This document shows, piece after piece, positions 1 to 12,040 of a stretch of DNA of 46,290 nucleotides (the first letter of the stretch is position 1; every line of letters starts with the position of its first letter). Source of the stretch: Chiloscyllium plagiosum (lineage: Eukaryota); assembly GCF_004010195.1 (NCBI RefSeq), contig NC_057757.1, forward strand, positions 3,181,350 through 3,227,639, written 5' to 3'. The position numbers and the translations under genes are program-made. Under the pieces are notes generated by a model, which saw nothing but the letters and a program-made list of their open reading frames with translations, had not been told where the DNA came from and did no database searches.

Positions 1-3000
1 CACACTGACCCACACTGGGGTACACTGACCCACACTGGGGTACACTGACCCACACTGGGGTACACTGACCCACACTGGGGTACACTGACCCACACTGGGG
101 TACACTGACCCACACTGGGGTACACTGACCCACACTGGGGTACACTGACCCACACTGGGGTACACTGACCCACACTGGGAAACACTAACCCACACTGGGG
201 AATATTGACCAGACTGAGGTACACTGACCCACACTGGGGAACACTGACCCACACTGGGGACACATTGACCCACACTGGGGTACACTGACCCACACTGGGG
301 TACACTGACCCACACTGGGAAACACTAACCCACACTGGGGAACATTGACCAGACTGAGGTACACTGACCCACACTGGGGAACACTGATCCACACAGGGGT
401 ACACTGACCCACACTGGTGTCACACTGACCCACACTGGGGTACACTGATCCACACTGGGGTACACTGACCCACACTGGGGTACACTGACCCACACTGGGG
501 ACACACTGACCCACACTGGGGACACACTGACCCACACTGGGGAACATTGACCAGACTGAGATACACTGACCCACACTGGGGAACACTGGCCCACACTGGG
601 ATACACTAACCCACACTGGGGAACATTGACCAGACTAAGGTACACTGACCCACACTGGAGCACACTGACACACACTGGGGACTCAGTGACCCACACTGGG
701 GTATACTGACCCACACTGGGGACACACTGACCCATACTGGAGCGCACTGACACACACACGGGGGACACACTGACCCAAACTGGAGTGCACTGACACACAC
801 TGGGGACACACTGACCCACACTGGGGACACACTGACCCACACTGGGGTACACTGACCCACACTGGGGACACACTGACCCACACTGGGGACACACTGACCC
901 ACACTGTAGGCACACTGACCCACACTGTGGTGACAGACATACACTAGGGTACACTGACACACACTGGGGAACACTGACACACACTGGGGACACACTGACC
1001 CACACTGGGGACACACTGACCTACACTGGGGAACACGAACACTGACCCACACTGGGGACACATTGACCCACACTGGGGTACACTGACCCACACTGGGAAA
1101 CACTAACCCACACTGGGGAACATTGACCAGACTGAGGTACACTGACCCACACTGGGGAACACTGATCCACACAGAGGTACACTGACCCACACTGGTGACG
1201 CACTGACCCACACTGGGGAACACTGACCCACACTGGGGAAAGACTGGGGACACACTGACCCACACTGGGGACACACTGACCCATACTGTGGAACACTGAC
1301 CCACATCGTGGAACACTGACCCGGACTGGAGTGCACTGACACACACTGGGGACACACTGACCCACACTGGGGACACACTGACCCACACTGGGGACACACT
1401 GACCCACACTGTGATGACTAACATACACTGGGATACACTGGCACACACTGGGGAACACTGACCCACACTGGGGAACACTGACCCACACTGGGGTATACTG
1501 AGCCAGACTGGAGCGCACTGACACACACTGGGTAACACTGACCCACACTGTGGGCACACTGACCCACACTGTGGTGACTGACATACACTGGGGACACACT
1601 GACACACACTGGGGAACACTGACACACACTGGAGACACACTGACCACACTGGGGACACACTGCCCCACACTGTGGTGACTGACATACACTGGGGAACACT
1701 GACACACACTGGGGACACGCTGACCCACACTGGGGACACACTGACCCACACTGTGGTGACTGACATACACTGGGGTACACTGACACACACTGGGGAACAC
1801 TGACACACACTGGGGACACACTGACCCACACTGGGGACACACTGACCCACACTGGGGACACATTGACTCACACTGGGGTACACTGACCCACACTGGGAAA
1901 CACTAACCCACACTGGGGAACATTGACCAGACTGAGGTACACTGACCCATACTGGGGAACACTGATCCACACAGGGGTACACTGACCCACACTGGTGACA
2001 CACTGACCCACACTGGGGTACACTGACCCACACTGGGGACACACTGATCCACACTGGGGTACACTGACCCACACAGGGGACACACTGACCCACACTGGGG
2101 ACACACTGACCCACACTGGGAAACACTAACCCACACTGGGGAACATTGACCAGACTGAGATACACTGACCCACACTGGGGAACACTGACCCACACTGGGA
2201 TACACTAACCCACACTGGGGAACATTGACCAGACTAAGGTACACTGACCCACACTGGTGACACACTGACCCACACTGGAGCACACTGACACACACTGGGG
2301 ACACACTGACCCACACTGGGGTATACTGACCCACACTGGGGACACACTGACCCATACTGGAGAGCACTGACACACACGGGGGACACACTGACCCACACTG
2401 GGGTATACTGACCCACACTGGGGACACACTGACCCATACTGGAGCGCACTGACACACACGGGGGACACACTGACCCACACTGGAGTGCACTGACACACAC
2501 TGGGGACACACTGGCCCACACTGGGGACACACTGACCCACACTGGGGTACACTGACCCACACTGGGGAACACTGACCCAAACTGGGAAACACTAACCCAC
2601 ACTGGGAAACATTGACCAGACTGAGGTACACTGACCCACACTGGGGAACACTGACCCACACTGGGATACACTAACCCACACTGGGGAACATTGACCAGAC
2701 TAAGGTACACTGACCCACACTGGTGACACACTGACCCACACTGGAGCGCACTGACACACACTGGGGACACACTGACCCACACTGGGGTATACTGACCCAC
2801 ACTGGGGACACACTGACCCATACTGGAGCGCAGACACACACGGGGTCACACTGACCCACACTGGAGTGCACTGACACACACTGGGGACACACTGACCCAC
2901 ACTGGGGACACACTGACCCACATTGGGGTACACTGACCCACACTGGGGACACACTGACCCACACTGGGGACACACTGACCCACACTGGGGTACACTGACC

Positions 3001-4300
3001 CACACTGGAGCACACTAACACACACTGGGGTACACTGACCCATACTGGGGACACACTGACCCATACTGTGGAACGCTGACCCACACTGGTGACCCACTGA
3101 CCCACACTGTGGACACACTGACCCACACTGGGGACCCACTGACCCACACTGGGGACCCACTGACCCACACTGTGGAATGCTGACCCACACTGGGGTACAC
3201 TGACCCACACTGGGGTACACTGACCCACACTGGGGTACACTGACCCACACTGGGGAACACTGACCCACACTGTGGACACACTGACCCACACTGGGGTACA
3301 CTGACCCACACTGGGAAACACTAACCCACACTGGGGAATATTGACCAGACTGAGGTACACTGACCCACACTGGGGAACACTGACCCACACTGGGATACAC
3401 TAACACACACTGGGGAACATTGACCAGACTAAGGTACACTGACCCACACTGGGGACACACTGACCCACACTGGAGTGCACTGACACACACTGGGGACACA
3501 CTGACCCACACTGGGGGCACACTGACCCACACTGGGGTACACTGACCCACACTGGGGACACACTGACCCACACTGGGGACACACTGACCCACACTGGAGC
3601 ACACTAACACACACTGGGGTACACTGACCCATACTGGGGACACACTGACCCATACTGTGGAACGCTGACCCACACTGGTGACCCACTGACCCACACTGTG
3701 GACACACTGACCCACACTGGGGACACACTGACCCACACTGGGGACACACTGACCCACACTGGGGACACACTGACCCATACTGTGGATTGCTGACCCACAC
3801 TGGGAACACACTGACCCATACTGTGGAACGCTAACCCACACTGGTGACCCCACTGACCCACACTGGGGACACACTGACCCACACTGGGGTGACTGACCCA
3901 CACTGGGGTACACTGATCCACACTGAGGACACACTGACCCATACTGTGGAACACTGACCCACACTGGTGACCCACTGACCCACACTGGGACACACTGACC
4001 CACACTGGGATACACTGACCCACACTGGGGACACACTGACCCACACTGGGGGACACTGATCCACACTGGGGACACACTGACCCATACTGTGGAACACTGG
4101 CCCACACTGGGGACACACTGACCCATACTGTGGAACACACTGGCCCACACTGGGGACACACTGACCCACACTGGGGACACACTGACCCACACTGGGGGAC
4201 ACACTGACCCACACTGGGGGACACTGATCCACACTGGGGACACACTGACCCACACTGGGGACACACTGACCCACACTGGGGACACAGTCACCCACACTGG
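1..4300. repeat. Tandem satellite array, 20/21-bp unit CACTGACCCACACTGGGG(TA/ACA), about 200 copies, runs off the left edge
   Basis: Direct periodicity; perfect 20-mers at 1-180, variant units (CATTGACCAGACT, CCATACTGTGG) recurring in higher-order blocks further in; abrupt end near 4300. Confidence 0.98.
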
Positions 4301-5413
4301 CTGCACTGGCTTCCCTTGACTGGTTTATTCTCTCTCAGCGCACGCACTCCCCTGCCGTGTTATACGGCAGTTCTGTCACTGTCGGTGAGTGATTTTAATT
4401 CGGTTCCCTTCTCCGTCTGGGCGGCCCTCCGTATTAACGTTGACAGTCTGGTCCGGTCACCTCTCAGCCTCTGGTTAAATGCTGCCATTGACTTGGCCAC
4501 TTGCAACAACTGCCTTGTCGACTTTGATGCAAAGACCTCTCGCCCCACCACCGGCCTGACCCGCCCTTCAGTCTCCTTGTTCTGTCGTGGTGACTCTTGA
4601 GCATTAACCCTGCTTTCCCTCCACAGACCTGCTGAGTTCCTCCAGCGATTTATCAGCCCCATATCTCTCGCCCCATCTGTTTGTCCCTGTCTGGCCTGTC
4701 AGTCTATTTCTATATATAACCACATAGAAGCCTGTCTTTGTCTGTTTATACGTGACTCAGTCTATTTATAAGACTGGATCTTGTCCACTCTCACGTACAC
4801 ACAGCCTGTGAATTGGGAAAGTTGCCTGCTACGTTTCGCCACCCAGTGCTACATTTGGTACCCCCCCAACCACTCACCACTCATTCAAATCCCGCAGCTT
4901 CTGTTCTCTCGCTCGCACTTCCTGACGGATTTATCACATGCAGCCTTCCCCCAGCACCGTCCGGGGACTACAGACGTACCTAAAACTTTCAAACATTAAG
5001 ACGTCAGGTAAGACACGAATGTCTATGAAGATTTGTCCTGAGGGTCTCCCAGCAGGGTAAGGGCTGAGGGGTCGGTGGGGAAGGGGGGGCCCAGAAGCGA
5101 GGTACCACCCTTTTGATATGTGGGAAAGAGGTGGGTGGGGGTGGTGGTGTGGTTAAACGTGTTTTTAGAAAGATACACCCCCCCTTCCTCATCCCTCTGT
5201 CACTGGGAGACAGAGCTTGGGAGAGGACTCTCTCTCTCTCCCCCTTACACACAGACACACACACACACAGACATAGACGCACACACACTCAGACACACAC
5301 AAACCGGTCTATTGAACGTGGCAGGGAGAAGGGTGGGAGGATTTAGTTCTCGTGAGGAAATTGTCTGATTTCAAGCTACACTTGGTTTTTGGGGATGTGG
5401 AGATGTAGAGACG

Positions 5414-5438
5414 GTTGCTAAGCGACTGCATCACGTCA
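5414..5438 (+). promoter_or_regulatory. Candidate RFX X-box (GTTGCTAAGCGAC, 5414-5426) next to a CRE/ATF-like site (TCACGTCA, 5431-5438) in the putative LRRC55 promoter
   Basis: Match to RFX palindrome GTTGCYNNRGYAAC-type and one mismatch from TGACGTCA; ~760 bp upstream of the ATG in repeat-free sequence. Confidence 0.4.
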
Positions 5439-5801
5439 TTAGATGCACTGGGCCCTACAGGAGCAGACAAGAGACAGAGAGAAAGAGAGAGTGGAAATAA
5501 TTAGGAAAACAGTTTAATTTCACAGTGGGCAGATAAAGCTCCTGATCCTCTCTTGTCTGCACCAGGCGTGGATTTGGTTAATTCTGGGGTGGAAGAGGAG
5601 GGGGGGTTGGGGTGGGGTGTATTGGAGGAGAGGAGGCATTCAGTATTCCTTTCAGAGAACAGGGCCTCCACCCTAGGAATATTTTTTCTTGTCTTATATA
5701 TATATTTCTAAAAAAAAACAAAGACGAGGGAGAGATCTGGGAGCATGAGAGAGCGGACAAAAGAAACCAGCACCGCGTCTGTTCCCCCAGCAGCTACGTC
5801 G

Positions 5802-5991
5802 GTAAGTCGGAGACTCGGCGCGAAATGTCTTTTCCTCTTGCTATTTTTTTTTTGTTTGTTTTTGGCAATAAAACAAGCAAGGTAAACAGCCCAAGTGTGC
5901 GAGCCCGCTTCGCCCTCCCCCGCTCTAAGGGTGAGTTTGTGCTCTCTTGTTCGCTCCCAGCCCTCTTTGTGTCGTTATCCTTGTCTTCCAG
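5802..5991 (+). other. LRRC55: Probable 5'UTR intron of LRRC55
   Basis: Consensus donor TCG|GTAAGT at 5802 (alternative AGG|GTGAGT at 5931) and a long pyrimidine tract ending TTGTCTTCCAG at 5991. Confidence 0.5.
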
Positions 5992-6123
5992 GTTTCGTGG
6001 GAGTGGTCTGTGGGCGAGGGCCATTGTCGAGGGAGAGCCCCACATCCCACTTCGGAGAAAGGGGAATTCTCGGTGAGCTAGGCTTCTCTGAGGTTGGCTC
6101 GGGAGACAAAGACGGAGGACCAC

Positions 6124-6146
6124 AGAGAGAGAGAGAGAGAGAGAGA
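6124..6146. repeat. (GA)n microsatellite in the 5'UTR, ~50 nt upstream of the ATG
   Basis: Direct dinucleotide run. Confidence 0.9.
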
Positions 6147-6193
6147 TAACGTGGAGGGGGACAAGGAAGGGGAAGTGTCCAGAGGCCAGGATT

Positions 6194-6797
6194 ATGTATG
6201 TGAGCTCTTTACTTTTGTTACTTGTGGCTCGAGGACTAGCAAGGAGCTGTCCAGCCCCTTGTAGCTGCTGGAATAAGGTGTCGGACTGCAGCGATAAGGA
6301 ATTGGTCGCCCCGCCTTTCGGCTTGCCCTTGCACACCACCAACCTCAGCCTGGCTCACAACAAAGTTCTCGCCCTGCCCCCGGGCTACTTCTCCTGCTAC
6401 ACCGACCTGATGGTGCTCGACCTCCGCAACAACTCGCTGACCGAGCTGCCGGCCGGCCTGTTCCGGCCGCTGGTCAAGCTGACCCACCTGGACCTGAGCT
6501 ACAACAACCTGAGCCGCCTCACCCGGGAGCTGCTGAGGCCGGCCCGCAACTTGGTGCACCTCCTGCTCAGCCACAACCCCGGGCTGTCGGTGATCGCTCC
6601 GCGGGCCCTCTCCGGACTGCCGCGCCTCCAGCACCTGGACCTCAGCTTCGACGGCCTGACCGGGGTCAGCCAGGACCTGCTGGACGGCCTGCCCGCCACC
6701 GTCTCCGTGCGCCTGGCCGGCAACCCTTGGCTGTGCGGCTGCTCCATGGAACCCCTCCTCAAATGGGTGGCCAGGAATCTCCACCAGTGCAACTCCG
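6194..6797 (+). CDS. LRRC55: LRRC55 coding exon 1: signal peptide, LRRNT (CPAPCSC...C), LRR repeats, start of LRRCT (GNPWLCGC)
   Basis: ORF with hydrophobic leader, LxxLDLxxNxL repeats and GNPWxCxC cap; ends at phase-1 donor TCCG|GTGAGT (6798) that joins in frame to the exon at 24414. Confidence 0.95.
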
Positions 6798-7055
6798 GTG
6801 AGTTGGGGGGCGAGGGGGGTGGGGTTCATCACCGAGTTGCCTTAAACAAAAAAACGCGGGACCGACCCCACCACAACATGGGACCTGGTCAACTCTGTCC
6901 ACAGCCGGTGGCCCGGCGTCGACCCCAGTTTGCTGCCAGATGAGAGAGAGAGTTTTGTGAGCTCTTCGACTAGGGCAGGCAGCACGGGGCTCCCCCACCC
7001 CCAACAAGTGCCTGCCTCACGGGGGAGCTTGTTTCAATAGAGGTGGCCTGATACA

Positions 7056-7620
7056 AGTTCATAAAGTAATGAGGGGGGTAGATAGAGTAGCTGTCTTTTC
7101 CATAGGATGGGGGATTTCAGGACTAGGGGGCACATTTTTCAGGTGAGAGGGAGAGGGATTTTTAAAAAAAGACACCAGGGGCAACTCTTTTACACAGAGA
7201 GTGGTTGGTGTATGGAATGAACTTCCAGCGGAAGTGGTGGATGAGAGCACAGTTACAACATTTTAAAGGATGGATACATGAAAAGGAAAGGTTTGGAGGG
7301 ATATGGGATAGGAGCAGGCAGGAGGGACTAGGTTAGTTTGCAATTATGCTCAGCATGTACAGGTTGGACCTGTTTCTATGCTGTTTGACTCTGAATAGGA
7401 AAGGTTTGGAGGGATATGGGGTAGGAGCAGGCAGGTGGGACTAGGTTAGTTTGCAATTATGCTCGGCATGTACAGGTTGGACCTGTTTCTATACTGTTTG
7501 ACTCTGAATAGGAAAGGTTTGGAGGGATATGGGGGTAGGAGCAGGCAGGTGGGACTAGTTCAGTTTGAGATTATGCTCGGCATGGACAGGTTGGACCTAT
7601 CTCCATGCTGTATGATTCTA
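7056..7620 (+). mobile_element. CR1-type LINE 3' end with the terminal ~113 bp tandemly triplicated
   Basis: RT C-terminal remnant (FTQRVVGVWNELP-like) followed by three near-identical 3'UTR copies starting near 7280, 7393, 7506. Confidence 0.85.
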
Positions 7621-7706
7621 TAATAGGAGCAGCGGCCAGTCATTTAACCTTGTGAACTTGCACGTGCATTCCTAGAAATCATGAGTCTGCCATTCTGCCC
7701 TTTGAG

Positions 7707-7907
7707 AAAGTGAGAACCGCAGATGCTGGAGATCAGAGTGTGGCACTGGAAAAGCACAGTAGGTCAGGCAGCACCAAGGAGCAGGAGAATCGATGTTTCA
7801 GTCAAAAGCCCTTCACCAGGAATGATGAAGGGCTTTTGCCCAAAACGTTAATTCTCCTGCTCCTGGGATGCTGCCTGACCTGCTGTGCGTTTCCAGCACC
7901 ACACTGT
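7707..7907. mobile_element. Penelope-like terminal-repeat insert in inverted (fold-back) arrangement with two decayed hammerhead motifs; 17-bp TSD
   Basis: Arms are reverse complements about ~7820; CCATTCTGCCCTTTGAG at 7690-7706 and 7908-7924; same family as the insert joined to GIY-YIG sequence at 41.8-42.2 kb. Confidence 0.8.
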
Positions 7908-8164
7908 CCATTCTGCCCTTTGAGCCTGCTCCACCATTCAATATGACCATCCAAGGCATTTCCTGCTCCCACTTAGAGTCGTAGAATTGTACAGCATGGA
8001 AACAATCCTTCGGTCCAACTCATCTGTAGCAGGGCCACAGGGAAAGTAGAGAGGACATAAATTAATTGGATAATCTTAACAAAGCTGTAACAGCAGACGT
8101 GTAGTGGGCTGAATGACTGCTTTCTGATTTGAGTGTTTCCATGATTCCACCTAAGGTCACCTGT

Positions 8165-8670
8165 GTCATAGAGCTGTACAGCACGGAAACAGAGCCTTTG
8201 GTCCAACTGATCCATGCTGACCAGATATCATCAATTAATCTAGTCCCATTTGTCAACATTTGGTCAGTATCCCTCTAAAAACCCTTCCTATTCATATACC
8301 TATCCAGCTGCCTTTTAAATGTTGTCATTGTACCAGCCTCCCCCACTTCCTCTGGCAGCTCATTCCATACATGCACCACCCTCTGTGTGAAAAAGTTGCC
8401 CCTTCGATCCCTTTTAAATCTTTCCTCTCTCACCTTATACTAATATTTAGTTTTTGACTCCCCTAGCCTGGGGTAAAGACTTTGGCTATTCACCCTGTTC
8501 GTGCCCCTCATGATTTTATAAACCTCTAAAAGGTCACCCCTCAGCCTTTGACACTCCTGGGAAATTAACCCCAGCCTATTCAGCCTTTCTCTATAGCTCA
8601 GAGTCTTCAACCCTGGCAACATCCTTGTAAATCTTTTCTACACACTTACAAGTTTCACAATATCTTTGCT
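8165..8670 (-). mobile_element. CR1-type LINE 3' fragment
   Basis: Minus-strand RT C-terminus (LSYRERLNRLGL...RGDLLEVYKIMRG) plus 3'UTR and tail. Confidence 0.85.
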
Positions 8671-8959
8671 CCCCTTTACCCTTTGATCCCTTTGGGCCTG
8701 AAAATGATATCTAACTTCAACAGGAAGGATGTTGATTAAGATAATTGGTGAAAAAGACAAATTTGACATGAGGTAATGTTTTATCACTTGACATAGTGAG
8801 TTCTTGTCCCACCTGAAGGGAGCAGACTCAATCCAACTTTTGGGAGGGAATTAGATTAATACTTTGAAAAGGAAAATAAAATATAAATGGTAGGGGTATG
8901 AGGAAAGTAGAAATGACAGGAATCAATTGGATTATTTTAACACCGCTGTAGATATGTGT

Positions 8960-9835
8960 GGAATGAACTTCCAGAGGAAGTAGTGCAGGCAGGTACACTA
9001 CAATTATTAATAGATATTCAGATAAGTAGGTGAATAGGAAAGGATTGGAAGAATATGTGCCAAAACTGGGCACATGAGACTAGTTTAATTTGGGATTATG
9101 GTTGGCATGGACTGGTTGGACCAAAGGATCTGTTTCCATGCTTTATGTATTATAGAGATACAGAGTTATGTAACACGGAAACAGACCCTTCAGTCCAACT
9201 CATCCATACCAACCAGATACCCTAAATTAATCTAGTCGCATTTGCCAGCATTTGGCCCATATCCCTCTACACCCTTCCTATTCAAGTAGCTATCCAGATG
9301 CCTTTTAAATGTTATCATTGTACCAGCCTCCACCACTTCCTCCAGCAGCTCATTCCATGCACACACCACCTTCTGTGTGAAAAAAGTTTCCCCTTAGGTG
9401 TCTTTTAAATCTTGCCCCTCTCACCCTAAATCTATGCCCTCCAGTTTTGGACCCCCCCACCCTGGGAAAAGGACCTTCGGTGTTCACCCTATCCATGCCC
9501 CTTGTGATTTTATAAACCTCTAGAAGATCAGCCCTCAGCCTCCAATACTCCAGGGAAAATAACCCCATCCTTTTCAGCCTCTCCATATAGCTCAAGGCCT
9601 CCAAACTTGGCAACATCCTTGTAAATCTTTTCTGCACCCTTTCAAGTTTAATAACATCTTTCTTATAGCAAGGAGATCAGAACTGAAACCAGTATTCCAA
9701 AAGTGGCCTAACAAATGTTCTGTACAGCAGTAACATGGCCTCCCAACTGCTATACTCAATGCACCAGTCAATAATGGCAAGTGTACCAAACACCTTCATC
9801 ACTAGCCTGTCTACCTGCAATTCCACCTTCAAGGA
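8960..9835. mobile_element. Tail-to-tail CR1 pair: short + copy (~8960-9150) and longer - copy (~9165-9835)
   Basis: ORF 9350-9637 (-) QKRFTRMLP...RADLLEVYK; conserved 3'UTR in both orientations. Confidence 0.85.
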
Positions 9836-9890
9836 GGTGATGTTCTTTTTAAAAACAATTATGGAATTTCACGGTTCCATAATCCCTTAT

Positions 9891-10225
9891 GGGTGGTACA
9901 GTGGCTCAGTGGTTAGCACTGCTGCCTCACAGTATCATGGACCTGGGTTCGATTCCAGCCTCAATGACTGTCTGTGTGGAGTTTACACATTCTCACTGCA
10001 TCTGTGTGAGTTTCCTCCAGGTGTTCCAATTTCCTCCTACAATCCAAAGATGTGCAGGTTAGGTGATTTGGCCAAGCTAAATTGCCCCATAGTGCCCAGG
10101 GATGTGTGGGTTAGGTGCATTAGTCAGGGTAAATGTAGAGAAACAGGGTAGGGGGATGTGTCTGGGTGGATTACTCTTCGAGTGTCATTGTGGATTTGTT
10201 TCCACATTGTAGCGGATTCTATGAA
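9891..10225 (+). mobile_element. tRNA-derived SINE (HE1/V-SINE-like)
   Basis: A box GGCTCAGTGGTTAG, B box GGTTCGATTCC, core GTGGAGTTT..CATTCTC, LINE-like tail. Confidence 0.85.
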
Positions 10226-10593
10226 ATAATTAGAATTCATATTGTATTGAGTTCCGCCAGCACAGAAATAGGTCACTACAGGTCAATATTTACTGGCCAC
10301 ATTTGCCACTCTCTTCCCCTCGTACTGACTTTGAGTGGTGGGGCCATGTGGAGTACAAATTATTCTGGAGGACTCAAGGGAAACTGTAGCACAGAATTGG
10401 AACAAGAGATAGCTATTGAAGTTCTTTGGTCTTGCACTCATCAGGACAGAATGGCAAGAATGCCAACTCTTGAACAACAATTTATACTTCATGGGAAGAG
10501 GGTGTCAACAGATTGGCATTTTCATGGAGAATGCACCAGGGAACAGTAATGGACAAATTTCAGTTCAAAGCAGGCAAGTTGTCTCTTGTTTAT

Positions 10594-11410
10594 AGAAATA
10601 TAGAAAATAGGTGCAGGAGCTGGCTATTCAGCCCTTCGAGCCTGTAGCACTAGTCAATATGATCATGGCTGATCATGCAATTTCAGTATCCCAGTCCTGC
10701 TTTCTCTCCACCCCCCTTGGTCCCTTTAGCTGTAAGAGCTATATTCAGCTCCCTCATGAATATATCTAATGAACTGGTTCCAATAGCTTCCTGTGGGAGA
10801 GAATTCCACAGGTTCCCAACTCTCTGAGGGAAGAAATTCTTCCTCATCTCCGTTCTGAATGGCTTCTCCCTTATTCTTAGACTGTTAGCCCTAGTTATGG
10901 ATGCCCCCTACATTGGGAACATTCTTCCTGCATCCAGCCTGTCTGGTCCCATCAGGATTTTATATGTTTCTATGAGATCCCCTCTCATTCTTCTAAATTC
11001 TGGCAAACACAAGCCTAGCCGATCCAGTCTTTCCTTATATGTCAGTCCTGCCATTCTGGGAATCAGTCTGGTGAACCTTCGCTGGACTCCCTCAATAGCA
11101 AGAATGTCCTTCCTCAGACTAGGAGACCAAACCTGCACACAATATTCAAGGTGTGGCCTCACCAAAGCCCTTTATATAAATATAGCAAGTCATCCCTACT
11201 TTGATACACCAATCATCTCACTATGAAGGAGAGCATGCCATTAGCTTTCTTCACCACCTGCTGCGCCTGCATGCCAACCGTCAGTGACCGCTCCACCATG
11301 ACTCCAGGGTATCGTTGCACCTCACCTTTTCCTAAACTGCCACCAATCAGATAACAATCTGCCTTCCTGGTTTTGCCACCAAAGTCAATACCCTCCATTT
11401 ATCCACATTA
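10594..11410 (-). mobile_element. CR1-type LINE RT/3' fragment
   Basis: ORFs 10908-11165 (VRPHLEYCVQVWSP...RGDLIETYK) and 11213-11398. Confidence 0.9.
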
Positions 11411-11889
11411 TTATCAAGGATTTTCAATGGGTAAATACGCCAGGCTGCTCCCCCCACTCCAAGCTTTCATTCAGCTGCTGTCTGTCAAGGACAGGGTGTG
11501 TGAAGATTGGTGGTTTCTGGTATGTTGTCAGCCAGCTATGCTGCAATCAGCTTAAGTGGCAGTACCTCTACCAATCTGGGTCCACTTGCCCAACCAATCG
11601 CTGCCCCTTTTCTCATGTGGACTACATTGCTGCCCCTTTTGAGGTTTGGCATTCTTGCCATCAGGACGATTTAAAAAAAGCCCCAACAGCATGACTTCAG
11701 CAACAGTTAGGAATCGAGATAAGTCAATGAGGGAGACAGTTATATAAAGCAACATTGACAGGATTGGATTTAATCAGAATGAATGGATGCATTCCATTTG
11801 CATGAGGTGCTCAAAATAGTGCTTAGTGGAATTTTTGGTTTGTTGTTGACAGGGCATCAAGGCATTGATAGTTGCCATGTGAAATAGGA

Positions 11890-12040
11890 GCGTGGTGTAA
11901 TGGTAGTGTTGTAGTGGACTAGTAAGAGGGGGACATGGCTTCAAATTCCACCAGTGCAGATGGTGGAGTTTGAATTCAATTTGGAATTAAAATTGGACCA
12001 AATGGTGACTATCTCACCGTCAAACCCATCTAGCTGACCG
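11890..12040 (+). mobile_element. Decayed SINE of a second tRNA-derived family
   Basis: Similar to the reverse complement of the copies at 44830-45515 (GGTTCAAATCCCACC...GGAATTTGAATTCAAT-like). Confidence 0.55.

Noticed and set aside
1..4300. Satellite as CRISPR array, V(D)J RSS array (CACACTG near CACAGTG) or Ig switch region
   Set aside because: No unique spacers or cas genes, no nonamer at 12/23 spacing, no Ig segments nearby
185..4306. Long minus-strand Cys-rich ORFs (CPQCG/PVWVSV repeats) resembling zinc-ribbon or keratin-associated proteins
   Set aside because: Translation of a stop-poor satellite; the same peptides appear in all three frames as unit length shifts between 20 and 21
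4316..4662. Overlapping ~95-100-aa ORFs on both strands next to the satellite
   Set aside because: No recognisable domain or convincing splice context; right end overlaps a decayed Penelope-type repeat piece
6236..6832. 198-aa antisense ORF over exon 1
   Set aside because: Expected shadow ORF of a high-GC3 coding exon
6798..6943. 249-aa single-exon reading giving a secreted LRR protein
   Set aside because: Consensus donor at 6798 and an in-frame downstream exon completing LRRCT and TM; read-through tail is non-homologous intron sequence
9891..9960. tRNA genes at SINE heads (also 21918, 44526)
   Set aside because: A/B boxes continue into SINE core and tail; no complete cloverleaf
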